NCBI GenBank assembly: GCA_963777955.1
Contig: CAVZSQ010000003.1
Span: 96,001-160,000, forward strand
From: Calditrichia bacterium
GTDB taxonomy: Bacteria > Calditrichota > Calditrichia > JAJRVZ01
Direction: 5' to 3'
DNA: 64,000 bases
Every line of letters starts with the position of its first letter. Within the stretch, counting starts at the first letter, position 1. This document shows, piece by piece, positions 51,821 to 61,924 of this stretch. The notes beneath the pieces were generated by a model, which did no database searches, was not told the origin of the DNA, and was given only the letters and a program-made list of their open reading frames with translations. The translations under genes were made by a program, and so were the position numbers.

Positions 51821-54810
51821 TTACTCACTCAGTGGCAACACTTTTCCAAACAGGTTTTCATTCATTTTTATTTTTTCCTCATTACCGTACACACAATAAG
51901 CTCTGCTGGGCCAGAATATCGGCTACCATTTTTTCCATATTCTTAATATCCTGTGCGGTCACCGCCAGTACCGCGGCTCGTTCCTGCTGACTCTGATCCC
52001 GGCTTCTTTTTTCCAGGTAGTTACGGACTGCCAGATTCCCTTGCTGCGAAGGGGTCAGGGGTTGATCCAGCTCGGCAATAGTTCCGATGATATAACGGGT
52101 CATGGCCTGCTGGTCGGCTTCAAAATTGTGCAGATATTGCGGTGTAGCGTTGTAGTTATCCAGAGTTTCCTTAAGATTGGGATCGCGGTAAGAAGCGAAA
52201 TAGACCTGGCCGTTCGGAGCAAAGTAAGAGAAACCTCCATAGGCACCACCGATCACCCGTATCTGGTTTTGCAGCCAATCGGTGGAAAGAATCTGGTTCA
52301 AAACACGTATGCTCCCGTTCCAGTTATATCCTAATTTTTTATAATCGTATCCCTGCAGAACATACTGCACTTTTGAGGCGCTCATCAGCGCCTCGTTCTT
52401 TTTATTTAATTGGAAAGTCCATGGCTGGTAAACTGCTTTGGCTTTGGGTAATGTCTTGATGAAGTTTTTCAAATTATTATTAAATGCAGGCTGATCGGAT
52501 TTGGCACAGGTGGCCTGCACGATCAGGTTATCTTCGCTGAATAATAGTCCCGCAGTCCTGGTAAGATTGGCGATAATCAGGTCGGCTTGTTCATCAAAAT
52601 TTTTCACCAGATTGGATACGAACCAGTAATATTCCATCCCGCCGGTCTGTTCATTGAACATTCCGGTGTCGCTGAAATAAGACAAAAGCCGTGTGCGGGC
52701 ATAGCCAAAACCATTGCGTTTCACATTCGCGTCCAGCCGCGACTGGTGCCGGATTAAAACAGCCTTCAAGCGCTCTTTATCGGCAAGATGGGAATGATTC
52801 ACGATTTCCCCGGCCAGTTCGAACATTTTGCCGGTCTTGTTATTCATCACTTTGGAGGAAACGACAAATTTTGGTTGTAGTTGTTTATCGTCCTGGTTCA
52901 GCAGGAAAGTATTCAGGTAAGTCTCAAATCCGCCGGTATGCAGGTTTAAGGCTTTATCCAGGTCGCCAAAACTATAATTGTCAGTATTCAGGCTGCCCAG
53001 TACCTCGGCCAGCAGGGCGGCATACGGGATCAGTTCAACCGGCAGGACCCGTGCATCATAGTAGGATTGCAAGTAAATGACATTGTTGGTGAAAGTTTCA
53101 TAATACAGTACAGGAACAGATTCCAGTTGTTTAGCGGTGACCGCATACCATTCTGCTTTTGGATTAATATCTTTAAGATCCAGCAGGGGTATGGTGGCCA
53201 GTGCTTCAGGAGTGTCTTCCCGTTGCTGATAGTCAATCAATTCAGCGGTTTCTTTTACCAGCGTATCCACTTGCTGGGCAGAGAGAGTTGCTTTATAAGC
53301 CTGCAGTTCTTTTTCAGTTTCCAAACTGTTTACCGCTTCCAGGCCGGGTTTGGGTTGTAAAACCAGTAACAGAGCGTGAGGATTATTGAGCAGGTACTGG
53401 CGGATAACCGATTCCAGGTAACCATTCTTGATTGCTGTTTTAAATTCTGCCAGCGGTTTTTCGTATTCCAATCCCAGATAAGGATCATCCGCATAAAACC
53501 AGGTGCCGATCAGTTGAAAATTATAGGTCAAGCCTTTTTGAGCATCGTCCCCTTCGCGCAGGCGGAATTCAATGCGGTTCAGGGTGCCCTCCACCGCTTC
53601 CCGGTCCAGCCCGCTGTCAACTACGGCCGTAAGTGTTTTGCTGACCAGTTCATCAAACCGGTCTTTATCTGCAGGATTGGCATTCTGAACCATAATTTGA
53701 AAAACATTCTGTTGCAAATCATCCAGTGACGCGGACACATCCTGACCGATACCGGCCTGCTGCAGGGCCAGACGCAGCGGGGCCGATTCCTGGTTTACCA
53801 GTACTTCCGCCAGGATTTTAAGAGCCAGGGTGAGTTTTTGATCGGTGTTCAGACCGGCTACATAATTCAGGGTCAGGTAAGTCTGATCTGCGGTATCGCT
53901 GCCGGCAGTGGCGGCATAGTAACCGATTACTTCCTGGCGTTCTTTAAATGACCGCTGCAGGGGGATGGTTACCCGGGCAGCGCTAAGTTGGAAGTGCGCT
54001 AAATAAGATTTATCGATGAAATCAAGTTCTTTATCCAGGTCGGCGTTTCCGTACAGAAAAATATAACTGTTGACCGGATGATAATAGCGGCGGTGGAAAT
54101 TTAGAAAGTCCTGCTGGGTCAGAGTAGGGATAGCCTGGGGATATCCCCCGGAAGAAAAGCGGTAATCGTTATCCGGAAAAAGGTACTTGTTGACCTGATA
54201 TCCCATCTCGCGGCTGGGATTGGAATATGCCCCTTTCATTTCATTGTATACTACTCCTTTGTAGACCATTGCACTATCTTTTGCGGTCAGTTCATAATGC
54301 CAGCCTTCCTGTTTCAGGATACGGGGGTCGCTGTAAATTAAAGGATAGAAGACGGCATCCAGATAAACGTGCATTAAATTAAAGTAATCTTTATCGTTCA
54401 TGCTGGCAATGGGATAGATAGTGATATCACTGCCGGTCATAGCATTTAAAAATGTATTTAAGGAGCCCCGGGAGAGTATGTCGAATGGGCTTTTAACCGG
54501 AAAATTTTTTGATCCGTTGAGTACGGCATGTTCCATGATATGGGGAAAACCGGCATCGGAAGGGGGTAAGGTTTTAAAGGCAATGCTGAAGGTTTTATTG
54601 GCATCGGCCGCGGCAATCTTGAACAGCCGTGCGCCGCTCTGCACGTGCTCAAAATATAAACATTCGGCATTCACCTCCTTGACAAACCGTTTGTCCAGTA
54701 ATTTGAAGCCGTGATAAATTTCACCCTTTTTGTAATCAGCAAATACGGTGCTGTACCAGGTCAGCAAAAGCAGTAATAATGCACCGAATGTACGTACGTC
54801 TTAACAGCAT
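51821..54810 (-). CDS. Insulinase family M16C (presequence protease-like) metallopeptidase with signal peptide; frameshifts near both ends
   Basis: HIMEHAVLNGS (HxxEH), FLNAMT, GVVYNEMKG, IRVIGGAYG, SYRDPN; ATG 54810 with GGAGG RBS. Confidence 0.9.
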
Positions 54811-54956
54811 AAAAAGTACCTCCAGTTTAAAATATATTTATAAGGATCATTGGTTGAGACTGGTTAAATGGATATGAGCATATACGAAGATTCTTTAGAT
54901 AAGATGCACTTTCCATGCGAGTATAGTGTTTGTGTGATACTTTGTATAGAAAAGAT

Positions 54957-55060
54957 TAACGCAAAGGGCGCAAAGGTCTTCGACGCAGAGGACGCAAAGA
55001 AATCTTTCCCTGATATCTCCTCTGCGTTCTTTGCGTTTACCTTAGCGCCCTTTGCGTTTA
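54957..55060. repeat. Long imperfect palindrome made of (A)CGCAAAG units (MITE-like)
   Basis: AACGCAAAGGGCGCAAAGGT...ACCTTAGCGCCCTTTGCGTT. Confidence 0.75.
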
Positions 55061-55070
55061 TTCTTTAAAT

Positions 55071-56019
55071 TTATGCGTAAATCGAACTTGCGTATTTATA
55101 GCCGGAGTCGGGGAATATGGTCACAATACTTACCGGCTCATCGACTTGCCTGGCCAGTGTGATGGCGCCGTAAATATTCGCGCCGCTGGAACCGCCGGCA
55201 ATTATTCCCTCTTCGCGGGCCAACTTCAGACTCCACTCAAAAGCGGTTTTATCGTTAACCTGAATCATATCGTCCAGAAGTTCCAGTTGAACTGTGGGCA
55301 GCAGAAATTCATCGCCCAGACCCTCAAGACTGTAACGATGGGGTTTGATCAGACGCTTGGTTTTAAAATATTCATAAAAGATCGATCCTTCCGGATCAAT
55401 ACCGACAAGTTTGATTTTGTGATTTTTTTCTTTTAAGAATTTGCCGGCACCGCACAGTGAACCACCGGTACCGATACCGGCGACCAGATAATCAATTTTC
55501 CCGTCCATTTGTTCCCATATTTCCGGACCGGTGGTCATATAATGAGATTCGTTATTATGCAGATTATTATGCTGGTCGATGTACAGCGACCGGGGAGTGG
55601 TTTCAGCCAGGAAGCGGGCAAAGTTATTATAGGATTTTTCATTCTCCGGGGGCAGGGTGGCGTCCACCAGAATGACTTCCACGCCCAAATGTTCCAACAT
55701 GCGTATTTTTTCCCGGCTGGTTGAATCGCGGATTACGATTTTACATTTATACCCTTTTTGAATGGCCACGATGGCCAGGCCCATGGCGGTATTGCCGGAG
55801 GAGTTCTCGATGATCGTATCGCCCGGTTTTATTTTACCTTCAGCTTCGGCTTTTTCGACCATATATTTGGCGATACGGTCTTTGATACTGCCGCCGGGAT
55901 TGCAGAATTCAAATTTAGCCCAGATCTTCGCTCTCAGATCCTTTGGTAATATAATTTAATTTTACCAGGGGAGTATTGCCGATTGCATCAATCAGGCTTT
56001 CAGAACAGCGTCGGTACAT
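55071..56019 (-). CDS. PLP-dependent cysteine synthase / cystathionine beta-synthase family (frameshift near 55940)
   Basis: IGNTPLVKL, NPGGSIKDR, SSGNT, GIGTGG, FPDSGYKY. Confidence 0.9.
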
Positions 56020-56166
56020 AGTCAGATTCCTCATGCGCTAACAGTATTTCAATTATTATTTCATTATCGTAATTTAGTTGTTAGTAACCATTTGGGGCAA
56101 GTTTGTTTTGTAGAATAAATTTGTGCAAGACCAGATTTTTGTGTAACTAACATCAGGGAAAATATC

Positions 56167-58576
56167 ATGAAGTATAAAACATTAAAAACAAAATTCCGGC
56201 AACTGTATCGGCAGCTTAACGGTTGTACCATTGAGTATGATCTTTCGCCTTACCGTAACATGCTGCAGGAAATCAATAAATATGAATCGCAATTAAATAT
56301 AAAAACCGATCTGCAACTTCAACAGCTATCCACCGACTTAAAAGAACAAGCGCAACAAAATGAGCTTAAGCAGCAAACGCTTTATGAAACGTTTGCTCTG
56401 GTTCGCGAAACCGCCTGGCGCGTACTTAAACTGCGTCCATTTGATGAACAAATATTGGGTGCACTGGCGATGCAGCAGGATAAACTGGCTGAAATGCAGA
56501 CCGGAGAAGGGAAAACATTAACCGCTGTATTTCCGGCCTGCCTGGAAACCTTTGGCCGCAGGAGTGTACATGTGCTGACTTTCAATGATTATCTGGCGCG
56601 CAGGGATGCCCGCTGGATGGGTCCGATTTATCAATTCCTGGGTCTGACGGTCGGCTTTATTCAGCAGGGCATGACAGTCCAGCAGCGGCAGGATGCCTAT
56701 CGTGCCGATATAACCTATGTAACTGCCAAGGAGGCCGGTTTTGATTATCTGCGGGATAGTCTGTGTTATGAACAGGATAAAATTGTACAGCGGTCATTCA
56801 ACCTGGCGATCATTGATGAAGCGGATTCAATATTGATTGATGAGGCCCGCATTCCACTGGTGATTGCCGGTGCCGCTGATGATTATGTTGCGCATGTTCA
56901 TCAATTGGCCGGAATAACCCGCTTGTTAGAGCAGGAGATTGATTTTGAATTTGATGAATACGGCCGGGATATTCATTTGACCGATCCGGGCCAAGGACAT
57001 GTTGAAAAAATGCTGAATTGCGGGAATTTATATAATCCGGAAAATATCGAATTATTAACCCGTTTACATTGTGCCCTTCATGCTGAATTCCTGTTACATC
57101 GCGATGTCGATTATATCGTGCGCAATGGTAAAATTGAACTGGTCGATGAATTCACCGGCCGGGTAGCCGATAAACGCCGCTGGCCGGATGGCCTGCAGGC
57201 TGCCCTGGAGGCAAAAGAGAATATCGATATTCAGGCCAGAGGCCAGATCCTGAATTCCATCACCCTGCAGCACTTTTTACAACTCTATCCCCGCAGATGC
57301 GGTATGACTGCCACCGCACAGGCGGCAGAAGCTGAGTTCCGGGAATTCTATAATTTAAATATAGTAGTGGTTCCGCCGCATAAAGAATGCATCCGCACAG
57401 ATCATCAGGATGTTATTTTCAGTACGAAAGCCGGGAAAGAACAAGCGGTACTTAATGAAATTATCAGTACTCATCAGACCGGGCGTCCGGTTCTGGCGGG
57501 TACCCGCAGTGTGGAAGAATCGGCCAGACTTGCCGATGCTCTGCGCCAAAAGGGCTGCGCCTGTGAAGTTCTAAATGCTAAACGGGATGAATATGAAGCG
57601 CAGATCATTGCTCAGGCCGGAAAATTAGGCGCCGTTACCATTTCTACCAACATGGCCGGTCGCGGGACGGATATCCGCCTGGGAGGTACCGCTGAAAATG
57701 AAAAGTCACGGGTCGTGGAATTAGGTGGTTTATATGTGATTGGTACCAATAAGCATGAAAGTCAAAGAATTGACCTGCAGTTGCGCGGGCGTGCCGGCCG
57801 GCAGGGCGACCCCGGTTCATCACGGTTTTTTATAAGTCTGGAAGATGATATTTTTCTCAAATATCGTCTCGAAGAGTCTGCTGCCGGAATATATTTTAAG
57901 CAGAACGACTGCCGGAGAAATAGATAGTCCGATACTCAGCAGAGAAATAGCCAGGGTCCAGCGTATTTGCGAAGGTCAGAATCTGGAGATAAAAAAAACA
58001 TTATGTAAGTATTCCGGTTTACTTGAAAAGCAACGGGTGATTCTGTTCGCCCGCCGGCAAGCCTTGGTCGGTGACCGGTTGGCTCCGGATTTGTTCAGAC
58101 AGGAATCAGGTGAAAAGTTTAAGTACTATTCTACTGTGTTGGGGGATGAGCAGTTGGAAAATCTTTGCCGTTTGATTTCATTAAATCAAATCGATTCCAG
58201 TTGGTCAGAATATCTGGCTGAGATCGCTGATATCCGCGAAAGTATTCATTTGAAGCGCGTCGGCGGGCAGGATCCATTTATTGAATTCCAAAAATTAGCT
58301 ATCAAAATATTTGATGAAATGCTGCTAAAACTGGATGAGCAATTGATTCACATTTTCAACTCCCTGCCGGTGGATGATCCGGACATCAATCCGGAAAAAC
58401 TGGGCCTGCGGGCGCCGGCAGCAACCTGGACCTACCTGGTCAATGACAATCCGTTTGAGCATAACCTGGGGCTGCAGTTGATCGGGGATGCCGGTATGCA
58501 GATCGGTGCCAGCATCCTGACTCCGCTGCTGGCTTTAAAATTGATGTCGAGGAAAAAAGGATCGAAACTGAAATAA
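56167..58576 (+). CDS. secA2: Accessory translocase SecA2 (frameshift near 57876)
   Basis: AEMQTGEGKT, IIDEADSILIDEA, GMTATA, STNMAGRGTDI, QLRGRAGRQGDPG; C-terminal TWTYLVNDNPF; no C-terminal Zn motif. Confidence 0.85.
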
Positions 58577-58677
58577 CTGTCCCGGGTAATTTGTTCAACA
58601 ATTGCTAAATTACCCTGCGGCAGATAAATTATTTGCAGTGGATATTCAGCTGTATTTTTAAATGAGGTGAACTATGA

Positions 58678-59700
58678 ATGCTAAATTCAAATCGGTATTT
58701 CGCAGCCAAACGGTCCGGCAGGATATTACTGCTCCTGTTTTATACTGGAATCCTGTTTATCACAACAGGTTTAGCCCAAACCCGGAGCAATCCGGAGCCG
58801 GGATCAATTGCCACATTTTCCATTGTGGCCCGCGACTCGCTGACCGGAGAATTGGGTGTGGCCGTGGCCTCACGTTTTTTTGCCGTGGGTTCGGTTGTCC
58901 CCTGGGCCAGGGCCGATGTGGGGGCTGTTGCTACACAATCTTTCGCCAATACCAGTTTCGGCTGGCGGGGGTTGGAATTGCTGGAGCAAGGAGTCAATCC
59001 GCAGGAGGCCGCTCAAATTTTATTGCGGACAGACAACGACCCGGAGAGGAGGCAGTTTGGTATTGTCGCGGCTGATGGAGAATCGGCCACTTACACCGGA
59101 AAAAATTGCCTGTCCTGGGCGGGCGGGCGCAGCGGCAGTAACTATGCGGTTCAGGGAAATATCCTGGCCGGTGAAGCGGTGGTTGCGGGTATGGAAGCCG
59201 CCTTTTTAGAAACAAAAGGAACACTGGCCGACAGATTGTATGCTGCCCTGGTAGCCGGGGATAAAAACGGAGGGGATGCCCGTGGAAAACAATCAGCCGC
59301 TCTGCTGGTGGTTAAAAAGAATGCCGGTTATGGCGGGTTTAATGACCGGGCTATCGATATACGGGTTGATGATCATGCCGAACCATTCAAAGAATTGGGG
59401 CGCCTGCTGGATTATGCCCAGATGAATTATTCCTGGAACGAAGCCTGGACATTGTTTACCCTGAAACAACATAAAGAAGCGCTGCCCATAATGGAAAGAG
59501 CTGCGGATCTGGCGCCGGAAAATGCCGAGGTCCTGTATGATTTGGCCGTAATCCGGCTGGCAGCAGGGAAGCAGGATCTGGCTCTGGCTGCCCTGGAAAA
59601 AGCGCTGCGACTGAATCCGAAACTGAAAAAACAGGCCGGAACGGATGATGATCTGCGATCCTTACAGGGGAATAAATCATTTTTGGAATTGATCAAATGA
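58678..59700 (+). CDS. DUF1028 (Ntn-hydrolase-like) protein with C-terminal TPR
   Basis: ATFSIVARD, GAVATQS, VQGNIL, GGDARGKQSAA, DIRVDDH. Confidence 0.88.
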   Translation: MLNSNRYFAAKRSGRILLLLFYTGILFITTGLAQTRSNPEPGSIATFSIVARDSLTGELGVAVASRFFAVGSVVPWARADVGAVATQSFANTSFGWRGLELLEQGVNPQEAAQILLRTDNDPERRQFGIVAADGESATYTGKNCLSWAGGRSGSNYAVQGNILAGEAVVAGMEAAFLETKGTLADRLYAALVAGDKNGGDARGKQSAALLVVKKNAGYGGFNDRAIDIRVDDHAEPFKELGRLLDYAQMNYSWNEAWTLFTLKQHKEALPIMERAADLAPENAEVLYDLAVIRLAAGKQDLALAALEKALRLNPKLKKQAGTDDDLRSLQGNKSFLELIK

Positions 59701-59730
59701 AGAAAAGTTAAAATAATAAGGAGTTTGACT

Positions 59731-60645
59731 GTGAGTACAATCAGAAAGATCAAGAAAGTCATGAAAAGCAAGCCGACGCTGGAAGGCGCCGGGGTCCATT
59801 TGAAACGAGCCTTTGGCAACCAGCAGGTACCGCAGTTGGATCCATTCTTGTTGCTGGATGATTTTCATTCCAATAATCCGCAGCATTATCTGGATGGATT
59901 TCCCTGGCATCCCCACCGCGGCATTGAAACGATTACCTATATGCTGCAGGGCAGGGTGGAGCATGGGGACAGCCTGGGCAACAAGGGGGTTATCCAACCA
60001 GGCGGGGTCCAGTGGATGACAGCCGGCAGCGGCATCATTCACCAGGAGATGCCTAAAGGCAGTAAAGATGGTTCCATGTGGGGTTTGCAACTATGGGCCA
60101 ATCTGCCGGCGGCCAATAAAATGATGGAACCGCGTTACCGGGAAATCAATTCAGAACAGATACCCGGGATCACACTGGATACGGATGTACGCATTAAAAT
60201 TATTTGCGGGAAAATTGACAAGACTAGCGGCGCAGTGCAGGATGTGATGGTGGATCCGCAATACCTGGATGTCCTGGTTCCAGCAGGCAGGACGTTTAAA
60301 TACCCGGTTCATAAGGGGTATACAGTGTTCACCTATATCCTTGAAGGGAAAGGATATTTTGAGCCGGAGCGGAATGCCTATCACTATGAAATGGAAGGGA
60401 TCAATTATTTCGATTTTAAGCGCGATTGCCTGCTTGGACCGGAAAATCTGGTAATTTATGATGACGGGGATGAAATTCAAATCACCACCGAAGAGGAGAG
60501 CGTACGATTTCTGCTGATCTGCGGCAGGCCGATCAAAGAGCCGGTGGCCTGGTACGGACCGATTGTCATGAATACCCGCGAAGAATTGCAGATCGCCTTT
60601 GAGGAATTTCAGCAGGGGACTTTTTTAAAACATAATAAAAAATAA
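59731..60645 (+). CDS. Pirin family protein
   Basis: DPFLLLD, WHPHRGIET, WMTAGSGIIHQE, GPIVMN. Confidence 0.94.
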   Translation: MSTIRKIKKVMKSKPTLEGAGVHLKRAFGNQQVPQLDPFLLLDDFHSNNPQHYLDGFPWHPHRGIETITYMLQGRVEHGDSLGNKGVIQPGGVQWMTAGSGIIHQEMPKGSKDGSMWGLQLWANLPAANKMMEPRYREINSEQIPGITLDTDVRIKIICGKIDKTSGAVQDVMVDPQYLDVLVPAGRTFKYPVHKGYTVFTYILEGKGYFEPERNAYHYEMEGINYFDFKRDCLLGPENLVIYDDGDEIQITTEEESVRFLLICGRPIKEPVAWYGPIVMNTREELQIAFEEFQQGTFLKHNKK

Positions 60646-60658
60646 CCTGATCGTAGCA

Positions 60659-60783
60659 GAGATTGCTTCGTGATCCGGCGATTACCTGACTCCTCGCAAT
60701 GAGGTGGAGGACCCTTCCCTCTATCCCCTCCCTTTCAGTCCTGAATCTGCCGGACTGAAAGGGAGGGGAGGAAGGGGTGGGTC
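60659..60783. repeat. Two REP-like palindromes
   Basis: GAGATTGCTTCG...CTCGCAATGA and CCCCTCCCTTTCAGTCC/GGACTGAAAGGGAGGGG. Confidence 0.75.
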
Positions 60784-60802
60784 AGGCGCCGCGGCAACAG
60801 AA

Positions 60803-61677
60803 CTATTTAATAAAAAGCATTCTTTTGCTTTGAGAAAAGGTGCCGGCTTCCAGATTGTAGAAATATACTCCGGAGGCTAATATCGTATGCAGGTTTCCAC
60901 GGTATGGCATGGTATCCTGATGCCATATTCTGCCGGTCGATCAGTTTATCTACAACCTTGCCGCTTACATCGTATATGGTTAAGGACTACCTCGCCGTTC
61001 TGCAGTAATGAAAATCCTATGGTTGTGGACGGATTGAACGGATTAGGATAATTCTGGTTTAAAACCGTGCTGGATGGAAAAGTACCCGGAGCAACTACTA
61101 CATCGGTCGGGGTCATTGAAAGTTCCAGGTCGTCCAGTTTGAATTCCGTGTTCAGATGGATGTCACCAGTATTACCGATAACCATTGTTATCATTATATT
61201 GTCCGGTGTTAAAACCTCATCAAAATACTCGATTCCCAGCGCAAATGAGGTATAACTGGGCGCAGCGCTCTGAATTTCAACGGAACCTCCGCCGATGAGG
61301 GTTGAACTATTGTACATCCAAACGGTGATCACCAGTTCATCCCCGCCCACCGGGGCGAATTCATAGTAACCGGTTAAACTGAGATATTTCTGGGAGATAG
61401 TGAATCCGTTTCCGGCAGCACCCGCTGTTAAAATCGGGGGAACAGCTATGCTCAGGTAATCAACAACCTGACCTTTCACGGAATAAGATCCGCCGTGACT
61501 ACTGTTTGACTGGGTGATAGGTGTATAAAATGTCAGCGCATTGTTGGCAAGCCAATTATCCGGAGTATTGCCTGTCCATTGCTCGAATCCACCATTCAGT
61601 ATCTGGGCAAAGTTAATTGAGGGTAATAAAAAAATTGCCAGGATACCTGACAAAATACAAACCGTTGCTCTTTTCAT
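60803..61677 (-). CDS. Secreted CBM-like (jelly-roll) protein with C-terminal sorting domain (frameshift near 60980)
   Basis: Signal peptide, NGGFEQW, LDDLEL, QNYPNPFNPST, then ..GVYFYNLEAG..KRMLFIK*. Confidence 0.75.
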
Positions 61678-61924
61678 AGTTAATCTCTCCTATTTTATTG
61701 ATTAGTTAGTTATAAGACTATGAGTTATTGTAAGGATTGCGACTTATTATAGGTTTTAAGCATGACATTTATAACTAAACATTCATGGTATTTATTTCTT
61801 TGTGCAGCTGATTACTATTTAATCAGGATATATTTTTATTTTTAGCATGATTTGAATAAATTTAGAAATAGATAACAGTATGAGTTGCTGGCACGAAGAT
61901 TAAGGGGAAAAAGAGGGAAGTAAG

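Noticed and set aside
61888..61903. Sigma54 promoter (TGGCACG) before the carbamoyltransferase
   Set aside because: The -12 element reads TTAA rather than TTGC.
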